In this document: piece by piece, positions 24,223 to 37,175 of the stretch
Layout of the letters: each line of letters begins with the position of its first letter
Position numbering within the stretch: position 1 is the stretch's first letter
NCBI RefSeq assembly: GCF_964355755.1
Contig: NC_092679.1
Location: 5,796,201 to 5,860,200 of the forward strand
DNA from: Antedon mediterranea
Lineage: Eukaryota; Animalia; Echinodermata
Reading direction: 5' to 3'
DNA: 64,000 nt
Notes under the pieces: generated by a model
Told to the model about the DNA's origin: nothing
Databases searched by the model: none
Seen by the model: the letters and a program-made list of their open reading frames with translations, nothing else
Program-made: the position numbers and the translations under genes

Positions 24223-27200
24223 ATGTCATTTTCAACTACAATTACCGATAAATTGTACGGTAAAACAAATGGAGAAGAGATCGTACAATACACCTTCACA
24301 AACAAGAATGGAATGGTGTTAAAAGTAATCAACTTTGGAGCAGCCATTACTAATCTATATATACCAAATGAGCAGGACAACATTGATGTTGTTCTTGGTT
24401 ATGATAATTTTGAGGGTAAAATTATTTTAAATTCAACTTTATCTCTCTTTTTCACAGAAAAACACATGTATGTTTTCATTTTGATAATTAATATGTTTGT
24501 ACACATATCTAAAAACAACAAACTAATTTCAAACACAACCCAAGTAAATAAGCACTGCTTATTTAGAAAAAGGTCACAGTAAAAACTTATAACAACAGTA
24601 AGTTCTGCAGTAAATGATGTCTGCCTCATTTATTATGTATACAGGTAATAATATTGATATTTTATCTTGTCAGGATATGAATCAAACCGCTGCTACTTTG
24701 GGGTCGTAGTTGGTCGGGTAGCCAATCGGACAGAAGGAGGTCAATTCAACGTAGATGGTAAAAGTTACCAAGTTACCATAAACGAATCGCATAGGAACAA
24801 CCACCTTCATGGCGGCCTTAGAGGCTTTGATAAGGTACATTTTATTTAAATATTTCAAAAATATATTAAATCATTTTATTCATTTTTAAATAATATTCCT
24901 AAAGCTCTTTCTACACTATCAAACTTTATGACAAACAAATGTTATGTGTCCAAATATGGTAGTGATATGACATCATGTCCATATATGGGCACATCACAGA
25001 TACTCTCTACTGCGTTAACCAATGTGATGCATAATGAGTCTAAAGTTCTGTCTACACTATCAAACTATAGTTTGACAAGAAATGTGTGATATGCCCAAAT
25101 ATGGTAGTGATATGACATCATCATGTCCATATATGGGCACATCACAGATACGCTCTACTGCGTTAACCAATGTGATGCATAATGAGTCTAAAGTTCTGTC
25201 TACACTATCAAACTATAGTTTGACAAGAAATGTGTGATATGCCCAAATATGGTAGTGATATGACATCATCATGTCCATATATGGGCACATCACAGATACT
25301 CTCTACTGCGTTAACCAATGTGATGCATAATGAGTCTAAAGTTCTATCTACACTATCAAACTATAGTTTGACAAGAAATGTGTGATATGCCCAAATATGG
25401 TAGTGATATGACATGTCCATATATGGGCACATCAAATGTTTTTGTCACAGTTTGATAGTGTAGACAGAGCTTTAGAAATTTATTCCCTAAGAATTTACGT
25501 GTTTTTCATTCATTCTCCTTATAATATGACAGGTTGTTTGGAAGAGTGAAGTCAAAGACAACTCTGTTATCTTTACCTACATCAGTGCTGATGGTGAAGA
25601 AGGCTACCCTGGAGAATTGACCACTCAATGTACTTACCAACTGACCGATGACGATGCAGTGGTCCTTAAACTCAATGCCACCACCACAAAGCCTACACCG
25701 GTCAACATATGTAACCATTCATACTTTAACTTATCAGGCAAGGTAGGGCATTTTCTGCAATTTGTTGATGCTTTAAACCATAAAAAAATGATACTTTACA
25801 AATAAAAGATTCTTTCTGTAAAAAGTGACCATTCTGTTAAATTCTGAATGTCAGTTATGACCAGCCAGACCTGATCACAGCCATGCATGACTAAGTTCAC
25901 ATTTAAAGTTCATCTTAAATAATAAACTGTATATTGAAATACAATTTTTTTTTTTTATGTAGAAATCTTCTATTGCTGATCACTCACTGATGATAAATGC
26001 TGATGCATATACACCCGTGAAAGAGAATCTAATACCAACAGGTTCGTAGTAATACCTTATGTTAGTTTACCGTAGAACTCCTCCTTCAAGCCGATTTTCC
26101 ACTAGACGAATTTGTTCGCGCGAATCAAACGTTTCGAAGAGAAAAAATCGCCTACTCTCTTTCCACTACATGAGCGAATAGCTGCGACGTTCATGTTCCT
26201 CGCGTGGTTGCTGAGCATTTCGATTCGCATGAGTGCTCATGAAAGCGTCATAGCTCATTTCCTGAGCTCTGATTGGTTGCGCAATATTTCGCTTCGCAAA
26301 AAGTAGAAACAATTCGAACTAGTAAATTTCGCTGAAGCGAAAAATCAAAGGAAATAGAATTCGTCGAAGAAGGCAGTATGACAGACAGAAACGCGAATAC
26401 GCATGTGCATAGCATGACGCTTTCGATTCGCGCGAACAAATTCGCCTAGTGGAAAATCGGCTTTAGGACACCTCTATTAGAGGGGTACTTTTCCCGTGAA
26501 ATGAATGAGGGACCATATATGTTGTAACACTATGGCCAACCCCTATTCAAGAGACCCTTTTAAAGATGTATTGTCCCCCAAAAACATGAAAAATAAAGAT
26601 TAATTAAATCAGACTTTGAATATGTTATTTTGTAGTTTTAATAAAGTTAATCATCATTAATAATTTTTTGCTTTAAATTACATTTTTTAAATAAAATTTT
26701 AGTCAAAGTGGGTAACTGTTATACATTAAAATAGAATATTCAACAAATTTGTTTAAGAATAATTTTTTCAGGGGGACAATACATCTTTATTGGGACACTC
26801 TTAATGGGGGTCCTGAAGGTGTCCCTCTTAAGAGGGGTTCCTACTTATATCTTAGATTATGTGCCGTTGCATGCATTTCAGGTGCAGGTGTCTGCCTATC
26901 TTAGTTGTATGTTTCTTCACAGGTGTGCTGTGTCCTGTTGATGGTACCTTGTTTGATTTAAGGACTCCTGTACTTATTGGTGATTGTCTGCAAGGTGTTG
27001 GTGGGTTTGATCATAATTACTGCTTGAACAGTAGCACATTAACAGAATGCGCAGCAAGGTGTGAATATTTTTAAAATTTACTAACACTAAAACTAAATTT
27101 GTAATCATAAAATTAATTAACAATGTCCATAGATACCATAATAGCCAAAGGCTCTGTAGTCAATTTAAAACACAATGACCCATGATCCAATATGGTTACC

Positions 27201-28107
27201 AGCATCCAAATAAATAGTTTGTGATGCAGGGGCTAGTCCAAGAGGCATGTGGTCCCCCTTGTTGACAGCTAAAATTAAACTACAGTAGTTTAATTTTAGC
27301 TGTCAACAAGGGGGACCACATGTACTGTAATTTTTATCTATTTTTGACAAGACTACTATTTTCATATCTTAGCACCCTCCTGTGTTGCTTTTAGAGTTTG
27401 TTTTCATTTTTTATGTGTATTTTTGTCATAGTTTATGATCTCAATTTAAATAGATTTTTGAATGATTACAATCATTGCATTTTTAAATTACTTTGTGTAG
27501 AGTATCTCATCCTAATGGACTTGTTATGGAAGTGTACACAACACAACCAGGCATACAGTTCTATTCGTCAAACTTTCTTAGTGGTGTAGTTGGAAAAAAC
27601 AATGTTTGTCATGAGAAACATGGAGCTCTATGCCTTGAGACACAGAATTATCCAAATGCTGTGAATGAGGTATGTCATTAATTAAGTATAAAACTTAACT
27701 GGCCCTTAAATCCCATCCATTCCCTAAATTAAGATTCAAGGAAAGTGGTATCTCCCTTACAAATGCTTACTTAATACCTCTGCCCGTTTCTACAACACCA
27801 AACGGTGCAGTCGTAGTCCAATTTCATACGGTTAAATCAAATTACAGTTATGTTAAGTACCTAATAATGATATTTTACTACTTTTGATATAAATATTGTA
27901 ATTTTTTTTTGTATTTTTTATATAAATATTCAGCTTCTACTGTGACTGTAATATTTTTTAATAAACCTTGAATGAATATAAACTGTGAAAATTCAAATTT
28001 TGTTTCATGTAAAAAATGGTTTTTTTTAGGAAAGTTTTCCAGAGGCTGTTATTCGTCCAGGACAAGTGTATGACCACACAACCATCTTCAAGTTTCTACG
28101 CAACTAA
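24223..28107 (+). CDS. GALM: aldose 1-epimerase (galactose mutarotase)
   Basis: Exons 24223-24415, 24674-24834, 25533-25742, 25963-26041, 26923-27058, 27501-27669, 28030-28107. Motifs YFGVVVGRVANR, NHLHGG, DGEEGYPG, NHSYFNL, GFDHNY, TTQPGIQFY, LCLETQ. Confidence 0.95.
24900..25474. mobile_element. Harbinger-like MITE with internal 148-bp tandem amplification
   Basis: TIR AAGCTCTGTCTACACTATCAAACT; units start at 25041, 25189 and 25337; monomeric copies lie at ~22460-22600, 29072-29191 and 34120-34230. Confidence 0.75.
26070..26847. mobile_element. Tc1/mariner-like MITE carrying two nested MITEs
   Basis: Outer TA|CCGTAGAACTCCTC ... GAGGGGTTCCTACT|TA; nested Harbinger-like 26089-26462 (TIR AGCCGATTTTCCACTAG) and Kolobok-like 26564-26786. 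Confidence 0.6.
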
Positions 28108-28765
28108 AATGGAATTGTTAGAATGGGAACTGTCGTTGTCAACATAAAGATTCGTTGAGTACTTTTTGAATGGTCAATTGTAAACGGACTCTACTCAATA
28201 GAAATTCATTCGAATAGAAAACGTTGACAACACAAGCTTGTTTGTTAAGAACAATCTCAATGCTCAAAATACTCCGTAAAAAAAGTACTCAACCTAACAA
28301 AATAAATATTATTCACAGACTCGGTATATGGAAAATCATAACTATATAAGTGTTGCTATAAATTATTGCTTCCAAAAATAATGTGAAAGATTAATTATTA
28401 GTGCTATACTTTATTTTTCTGAAATGATAAAGTGTTTAGAATAGAATTAAAATAGTCAGAGAGTTGGCACTAAACTATATAAAAAGTATCTATAAATTGT
28501 TGCAATATAATTGTCTTCCAAAAAGTAGATTCTTTTATATTTTTCAATTCAAATCAGTTTTATAAACTGTGTTAAAAATAAGTAAATTTTATATGTAATT
28601 TATAAATGTATAAGTGAATATGAATTATTGCAATATATATTGTCTAGGATATACAATCCAGTAGGACAAAAGACAAATAAAGACAAATTCGATAAATACA
28701 GTAGTATTTGTGTCGTATATATTTAATAGATGATTATAAAATTGCTATTGATACACAACATAATA

Positions 28766-30159
28766 CTATCCTTCCTTTAATTTTGATAATCTTTCTTTTC
28801 TTTTTGCGATATTTTGTCTTTGAGCCTCTTGGAATTCTTTGGAATCTTCCCATGGTCTTGGGCCTCTAATATTATACCAACTATCTATATCATCTTCCTC
28901 AATTTTCTACACAAAGAATCGGGGATAAAAACAAGACAATAATGGGAATTTAATGTACATCTGCAAGCTATATAAGAGAGATAAATTAATTAATAATTCA
29001 ATGGGCAAAGCACTTCCTCTCTTCACCAGAATAAGAAATTAAACTTTGAAATGTTTTATATTTAAATGACTCTGAAGTTCCACACTATCAAACTTTATGT
29101 GACAAAAACATGTGATGATGTCATATTATTACCATATTTGGGCACATCACATTTTTTTGTCAAACTGGTTTGATAGTGTAGACAGAGCTTAATGATTTTA
29201 ATTGATGTCTATTATACTGAGAAATTTTGTACAGCAATTAAGCTTGCTTTTGTTTAATCCTGTCACCGTTGGGTTTTGTTATGTTTTTGTGTTTTGTATT
29301 TTGTTTTTAATTGACGAAATAATAATAATTGTATTTATTTCATTATATTTGCTTACCTTAAATTCTTCCTCAAGTGATAGTTTGTTCTCCTTTTCTCTCT
29401 GCTTTAACCTATCAAGTACTTCTGGGTCAATCTAAAGTTTGTAAAATAATAATCAAATATGTAGAGGCCTGTTTTATTGAAATATGACTATCTTTTTCAC
29501 TATTTATTTATTTTTAGTCACATTTGACTGTGGGAAACCCCACCACTAATATAATAGTATGGATTAAAAATCTATACAGCTACAGCTATATAAAATATTT
29601 TAAAATATGAAAAAAAAATATCACATCTTGTTTACAAAAACCATGGAGTAATTACTCCATGCAATAATTACTCCATGCAAAAACATTGATAACATAATAC
29701 ATACATGTATATAATTTTTAAAGAAAACTTACAACCTGTCTTCGATCTATTATTTCATATCGGAGTTTTCGAAATTCTTTCAGACCAAAAGAACCACCAA
29801 CAATTAAAATCTTAAAAGATATTTTTGAAAATTAAAAAATAATTAATTACAGGTAATTTCGGTCGCATCGGTTTTTACGCGACCGAAAGCATCTATATGA
29901 AGGCAGTGTGGGCGTGTAATGAGGAGCAGCAAGTGACGACAACACAAAGATAGGGCCTAGCTAGGCTAGGCCTATATTATGGATATAAAATACATTTGTT
30001 ATCACATTCTACATTTGAAATAATGACCTAATATTTTTTATATAAATATCATTGGTATTTCAAGTAATCAAAAAGTAATACAAGCATAGGAAGTCCAAAT
30101 TTCAAAAAATGATTTTTCCGAATTGCCTTCATGAACTTGTCCATGGAGGCAGCCATCAT
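28766..30159 (-). CDS. COX16: cytochrome c oxidase assembly factor COX16
   Basis: Exons 30159-30082, 29810-29733, 29431-29357, 28906-28766 give [45 protein letters not shown]...[28 protein letters not shown]. It is absent from the ORF track because the exons are short. Confidence 0.92.
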
Positions 30160-30289
30160 GTTTTATATTCGCACGACGGCTGGTCGTGTAAACTAGCCTA
30201 AAATACGGTTGTTCGTACGGCAATTTCCTGTCATTATACACACAGCCGCTGTGTATATAGGCACTTACCCCAGCCGTTCACAAAATAAA
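30160..30289. promoter_or_regulatory. compact bidirectional promoter COX16/MRPS5
   Basis: The start codons diverge ~130 bp apart; YY1-like AAAATGGC and GCCAT motifs overlap both ATGs. Confidence 0.75.
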
Positions 30290-33200
30290 ATGGCAGCTCA
30301 CAGTCTGAAAACCGTGCATAATTTGTCATCATTATTTGCACAAAGTAAGTATATTATGTGTATTCATTGATAGCCAAAATGTTCGACCTAGGATCAACCT
30401 AAAGTAGGCCTAGGCTAGCCTAGATATATTAAGCCTAAAAGTTTAAAATTAGCCTCTAAATCAAGCCTAGCCTAGAGCTACTAGGCCTACTAGAGGCTAG
30501 CTAGGGCCTATATAATATATATAGGCCTAGGCCTATTACTAGTAGTAGTAGTAGTAGTTACTGTACTCACTGTCTGTGTCTGTAGGCCTAAACTAAGAAA
30601 ACTAAAGGCCTTTGCAAGCCACAATCACACTTGTACCAAAGTATAACTATAAATCGTTGACGATTTTGAAGAATACATTCAAATTTACTAATAATTATAA
30701 AGACTAAAGTAAAAATTACTAGCTAGGCCTCCTAACTATATAGGCCTAATAATAATTTCAGGTTTATTTCAGAATGTAAAAATAAAAATGATGTTGCTTT
30801 TTTCATTCATTTCTCTTCGATTTTATTTTAAATCATAAATGTATTTTTGTGTTAGTAACATTATCACTTACTAATAATTTACTTTATTTTGAAAGAATTG
30901 ACTTTATCATCAACAACATCATGTGTACGAAGAAGCATGGCTGGAACATCTTGTTGTCACTCCCTCAACCAGTCAACTGCCGCCGTCTCTTTTATTCCAA
31001 AACGTTACAATAGTTTCTTTAACACATGTAAGATTTTGTGTCATCTTTTGATATTTTTGTTAGTGTATGTTATCACTATGTATACTGTATCAGAATCAAT
31101 AGACTACTTAAATGTTTATACAGTGTCCCATAAAATTATTTGCTGTGAAAACGTAATATTTAATATTTTTTGATCTTATAATTTTACAGTCACATCAGAT
31201 CAGTTATGGAAGAGTATGACAGCACTGACTGGTAAAGCTCACAAAAAAGCCAGAGGAAAACGCCCTCAACGACGACGAAGGAAAGATTTAAATAAAGGGC
31301 AGATTATTGGTGAAGGTAAGTTGACAAATAATTTGTTTTTCTTTTATTAAATGGGATATTTAAATTTTGTATGTATAGGAAAAATATGATGATTGAAAAA
31401 AAACTATCTTTGCAGGACAAGCTAGAATGGCATGGCCCGGTCTGAATACACCAATTATTAAAAACAATCAAGTTCAAGTTATTCATAAAAAGGATGTTGA
31501 TCCAGAAAGAGAAGAAATGTTACGTAAAGTACGAGAAGACTGGGATAAGCGAAGGAAGAGGATAACTGCACCGGAGGATAGAGGCTGGACCTCAAAAAGT
31601 TGGGGTGGGCGTGGCTTAGGACCACCAGATCCTATTCCTGGAGGTACATAAAGATTTAATGATGGTGGTGGTATTGGTTTGTTGGTGATACTGGTGGCAT
31701 CGTTTGGCTTACTGGTGGTGATGGTGATGGTGACACTACTGGTGGTGGTTGTGATGGTGATGCTACTGGTGGTGGCTGTGATGGTGACACTACTTGTGAT
31801 CATTGTGATGGTGACACTACTGGTAGTGGCTGTGATGGTGACACTACTGGTGGTGGATGTGATGGTGACACTACTGGTGGTGGCTGTGATGGTGACACTA
31901 CTGGTGGTGGTTGTGATGGTGACACTACTGGTGGTGGTTGTGATGGTGACACTACTGGTGGTGGCTGTGATGGTGACACTACTGGTGGTAATTGTGATGG
32001 TGACACTACTGGTGGTGGTTAAGATGGTGACACTACTGGTGGTGATTGTGATGGTGACACTACTGGTGGTGATTGTGATGGTGACACTACTAGTGGTGAT
32101 TGTGATGGTGACACTACTGGTGGTGGCTGTGATGATGACACTACTGGTGGTGATTGTGATGGTGACACTACTGTTGGTGGTTGTGATGGTGACACTACTG
32201 GTGGTGGTTGTGATGGTGACACTACTGGTGGTGATTGTGATGGTGACACTACTGGTGGTGATTGCGATGGTGACACTACTGGTGGTGATTGCGATGGTGA
32301 CACTACTGGTGGTGGTTATGATGGTGACACTACTGTTGGTGGATGTGATGGTGACACTACTGTTGGTGGCTGTGATGGTGACACTACTGTTGGTGGCTGT
32401 GATGGTGACACTACTGGTGGTGGTTGTGATGGTGACACTACTGGTAGTGGCTGTGATGGTGACACTACTGGTGGTGGCTGTGATGATGACACTACTGGTG
32501 GTGGCTCAGCTGTGATGGTGACACTACTGGTGGTGATTGTGATGGTGACACTACTGGCGGTGGCTGTGATGGTGACACTACTGGCGGTGGTTGTGATGGT
32601 GACACTACTGGTGGTGGTTGTGATGGTGACACTACTGGTGGTGGTTGTGATGGTGACACTACTGGTGGTGGTTGTGATGGTGACACTACTGGTGGTGGCT
32701 GTGATGGTGACACTACTGGTGGTGGCTGTGATGGTGACACTACTGGTGGTGGCTGTGATGGTGACACTACTGGTGCTGGCTGTGATGATGAAACTATTGG
32801 TGGTGGATGTGATTAAAGTGGTGTTTGTTCTTGTTGTGACTTGTGATAGTGTTAAAGATAGTTATAAATTACCTCATTTCTCTTAGATTTAAATAGATAG
32901 ATAAATAAATGAGTTGCCTCCACTTGATTCTTTTTAGAAAACTTTGAAGGGTTTGAATCAAAAGTTTTGCATGTGCGAAGAGTGTTCAACATGACGGCAA
33001 AAGTAGGTAGAAAGAGAAGTATATCAGCATTGGTTGCTGTTGGTAACAAACAAGGAGCTATAGGTCAGTATTATTAATATGTACATTTAAGAATGTTAGC
33101 TGACTGGAGTTTTAGTAGTGAAACTGAGCTTAGTGGTTTACATGCTTGCCTTCTAATCCCAAGGTCCAGGGTTCAATCCTGACCTAATTCCAGGGTTCAA

Positions 33201-35090
33201 TCCTGACCTAATTCCAGGGTTCAATCCTGACCTAGTTCCAGGGTTCAATCCTGACCTTGTTCCAGGGTTATAATTCACAACTCTTTCAACTCCACTCCCC
33301 AAGACTCAAATGAGACTTAGTTTATAAGCACGATAAATTATAAAATAGTTTATCCATCCTGTAATTGTCGAGTTACTCGCTATTGGCCTGGATGCGTATG
33401 AAGTATTAAAAAAATAAGAAAAACTCTAAAAATTATCCAAAATCGTAAAACTAGTTAATTTTAATCACGGAAGAGTTAAATTGTAATTTAACTCTTCCCT
33501 GCTTTTAATGAAATCTAACAATATCCCTACAGTAGTATATATATATCAAAAGTCAATTACAGGTCAATTATTATATTTTATTATATAACACCTACATAGA
33601 TTCCTGTCATTTGATTTGCACCATTGTGGGTCACATGATAAAAAGTAAGTGGCCTATCAATCGCTCCACAATTTTCATTTTTACCGGATGAAGCCCAGAT
33701 AGCATAACAACAATCATTCAATAATATTTATATATTATAGGCTATGCTTACGGTAAAGCACCAGACATGATGGCCGCTCTGAGGAAAGCTAAGAACAAAG
33801 CAGCCAATCACCTCGTCTATATCGAAAAATATAAGGATGATACTCGTAAGTAAAGATAACAAATTTTGTGAAGGCAGATTGACACTGAAAATTATTTGCA
33901 AGACTAATAAAAGTATGCTAAATCTGTTGCTTTGTTATGAATATTTCTTCAATTGTTTCTCTGTTATCATTTTTGTTATTTCATATTTTTCTTTTAGTGT
34001 TTCATGACGTAGAGAGCACATTCAGGAGAACAAGAATCCGAATGAAAACGCAGAACAAGGGTACTTTTACAGTTGTGTACATTTACAGATTCGCGCTTTT
34101 ATATTTTGATGTCCATGTATAGACTTAATGATGTCATATCACTTTACCATATTTGGGCATATCATTACCATAGTTGGGCACATCACACTTTTGTTTGTTA
34201 AACTAGTTTGATAGATTAGACAGAGCTTTATCCTCCCTTTAAAATACATTCATTTAAGACTGTGAAACATCATCAACCCACCACGTTAGAATAGTGACCC
34301 CCAAGAACACTTGTGTACCTAGACTATTCCATTTCTTGTTGAGGGGAGGTAGCTTGGGTAGTTCAGTTGCTTACTTAAAGTGAGCTATAAATTTGATATA
34401 ACCTACAACCTAGTTATATCATTGCACATACAATGATGTAGCAACATGCTTCCCTGGCGGATTTTAGTCAACAGAATTTTACACTAAGCTCGGCTAAATT
34501 TGTTAAAACTCTTGCTTAAATTATTCATGAGCACCATCCTATGGCTTTCTGTCTTGTTTCGTTAGGCCCCTATTATGTGACCTAGGTCAACATAAATGAA
34601 AAGCTGCATTTTGTCTCTTAGGCTATGGTCTTCGATGCCATCGTGTTCTTATTGAAATCTGCAAGTTAGCTGGTATTAAAGATCTGTATGCTAGAATTTA
34701 TGGCTCTAAGAATCCAGTCAATGTTATTCCAGCATTCTTCAATGGTCTTCTTGAACAAGTAAGTAAAACACAGAGATATTAGGGAGCTTAAATTCATCCA
34801 GTCTTCTACCAAAGAATTCATAGCACAGCATAACGTTGAATTATAAAACTTTTGAATTAATATCTTTTAAGGAAACACACCAACAGATTGCCGACAGAAC
34901 TAAAATGCATGTGGTAGAGTTCCGTGATGAATGTGGGCCACTCCCCATTGTGGTGGCCTCACCGAAGGGTGGAGCAATTCAGGAAAGTCTAGGAACGGAC
35001 TGGGATAAAGAACTACCTTTGGAATGGAAAGAAGAACGTCCACGACCGAAACCGAGTCCATTTGCAAGAGAAGGCATTCTGACTTTTTAA
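30290..35090 (+). CDS. MRPS5: mitochondrial ribosomal protein S5 (uS5m)
   Basis: Exons 30290-30344, 30896-31027, 31190-31315, 31416-31643, 32938-33063, 33741-33845, 33998-34060, 34622-34758, 34872-35090. Motifs [77 protein letters not shown]. Confidence 0.93.
31700..32800. repeat. 27-bp GT-rich minisatellite, ~40 copies, MRPS5 intron 4
   Basis: Unit GTGATGGTGACACTACTGGTGGTGG(C/T)T. Confidence 0.95.
33115..33410 (+). mobile_element. tRNA-derived SINE with tandemly amplified B box
   Basis: GAGCTTAGTGG A box, then the 24-bp unit TCCAGGGTTCAATCCTGACCTAAT about 4.5 times (33165-33268). Confidence 0.65.
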
Positions 35091-35342
35091 TTGTCATATA
35101 TTTGGTTGTTCATTATGTATCAAAAAAGTACAACAGCACTATGAAATAGTGTTGGGTGTGTTGGTAGGGAGTTTTTGGCAGAACGCCTAAACGTACTGTA
35201 CAACCCTATCTCTGCCCACTATGAAAATAAATTGGTCTGTGGAATGCGTACAAATTATGAAAGAGCCATATGTACAACCTTGTTGCTATAAAATAGCGGC
35301 GTGTCAAGAAATAAATAGGTCAAACAAATTGAATGAAAATTT

Positions 35343-36760
35343 TACTATAGTACAGGGATTTTTCTGAAAATCGGCCAAATTATCAAGTTTTTAAAATTCA
35401 ATTATTACGCGTTTATATAGCTATGTATGATCATATATAGCTTTATGATCATCTTATAGTGCCATAGAACCCAGTTATGTCAAAAAATAAAAAGGTCGAA
35501 AATTGGCCATTTTTCGAAAAAAATCCCTGTACTATAGTACAGGGATTTTTTCGGAAATTGGCCAAAATATCAAGTATTTAAAATTCAATTAGTATGCGTT
35601 TATATTGCTGTATATGATCATATATTGCTTTATGATCATCTTATAGTGCCATAGAACCCAGTTATGTCAAAAAATAAAAGGTCGAAAATTGGCCATTTTT
35701 CAAAAAAAATCCCAGTACTATAGTACAGGGATTTTTTCGGAAATTGGCCAAAATATCAAGTTTTTAAAATTCAATTAGTATGCGTTTATATTGCTGTATA
35801 TGATCATATATTGCTTTATGATCATCTTATAGTATGTTTTTGTGCATGTTACTTCAACGTATTTTGAAAAGACGATATTATGGTCATTTTTTGGAAAAAT
35901 CCTGTGCTATATTAGACCTACAGAGATTTTTCGGCCAATTTTCGATCATAATATTTTGGTATGCGCAGAATCACACAATGTGTTCTGCGCATGTTACCTC
36001 AACTTATTTGTCGAAAAATAAAAAGGTTGAAAATTGGAAATTTTTCGAAAAAATTCCTGTACTATAGTAAGGGATTTTTTCGAAAAATTGCCAAAATATC
36101 ATGTTTTCAAAATTCAATTATTACGCGTTTATATTGCTATGTATGATCATATATAGCTTTAAGATCATCTTATAGTGCCATAGAACCCGCTTATGTCTTA
36201 ATTCTGGCCCCGAAACCTTGACTCAGAAATACCGGGATGGTGTCCGGCGGGGAATAGTTTTACCTTAGTTAAGCATAGTTAAGCTTAGTTACATTTTTTT
36301 TTCACATTATTGATTGTCTCCATCCCCGAAACCTCGACTAAGAAATACCGGAATGGTGTCCGGCGGGGGATAGTTTATTACCATTAGTTAAGGTCTAATG
36401 TAAAGCACCTAGAGGGGTCAGTAATCCATTAGGCTCTATATAAATACTGTTTATTATTATTATTATTATGTCGACAAATAAACAGGGATTTTTTCAAAAA
36501 ATGGCCAAAATATCAAGTTTTTAAAATTCAATTATTACGCGTTTATATTGCTGTATATGATCATATATTGCTTTATGATCATCTTATAGTGCCATAGAAC
36601 CCAGTTATGTCAAAAAATAAAAAGGTTGAAAATTGGCCATTTTTCAAAAAAATCCCTGTTTATTTGTCGACATAATAATAATAATAAACAGTATTTATAT
36701 CCCTGTACATATAGTAAGGGATTTTTCCGAAAATCGGCCAATTTTCGACCATCATTTTTT
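35343..36760. repeat. ~186-bp tandem array of internally inverted units (MITE/Helentron-derived satellite)
   Basis: Units start at 35343, 35530, 35716, ~35905 and 36060, each bounded by ACAGGGATTTTT..AAAAATCCCTGT with a TACTATAGTA junction; duplicated GC-rich hairpin motifs at ~36210 and ~36325. Confidence 0.75.
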
Positions 36761-37175
36761 TATATGTGCAAAATAACCTAAAATGTAATTATTATGCAAT
36801 AATACTGCATATATATTGCATTATTTTAAATTATGGTGTTCTAGTCATAGTCTAGTCAAAGTACCAATTATGTAAAACAACAAGTTTGTGTTGTTTGTGT
36901 TTTCAATTACTAGAGGCGATACTCATCTCATGCGTTTATATATGTCATGTTTATAGTTTTGTAGTTCAACAAAATCAAGTAAAACTTTCCTCATTGTTAT
37001 TTATTTAATACAACTCTAGTTACTGTAACGCCATTATGTTGCTGGAAAAAGTTAAATTCACTCTTTCTTTCTCTTCAAAACAAAAACATTGCTTAGTATA
37101 AAAACCAATAACTTTACAACCACCTGCAGAGTAACTTCTTGATAAATTCTCTTCCATAATACAAATATGTTTAGT

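Noticed and set aside
31679-32886. Long Val-rich and SPSQPPPVV ORFs
   Set aside because: They are translations of a 27-bp minisatellite within an MRPS5 intron; the flanking exons splice in phase without them.
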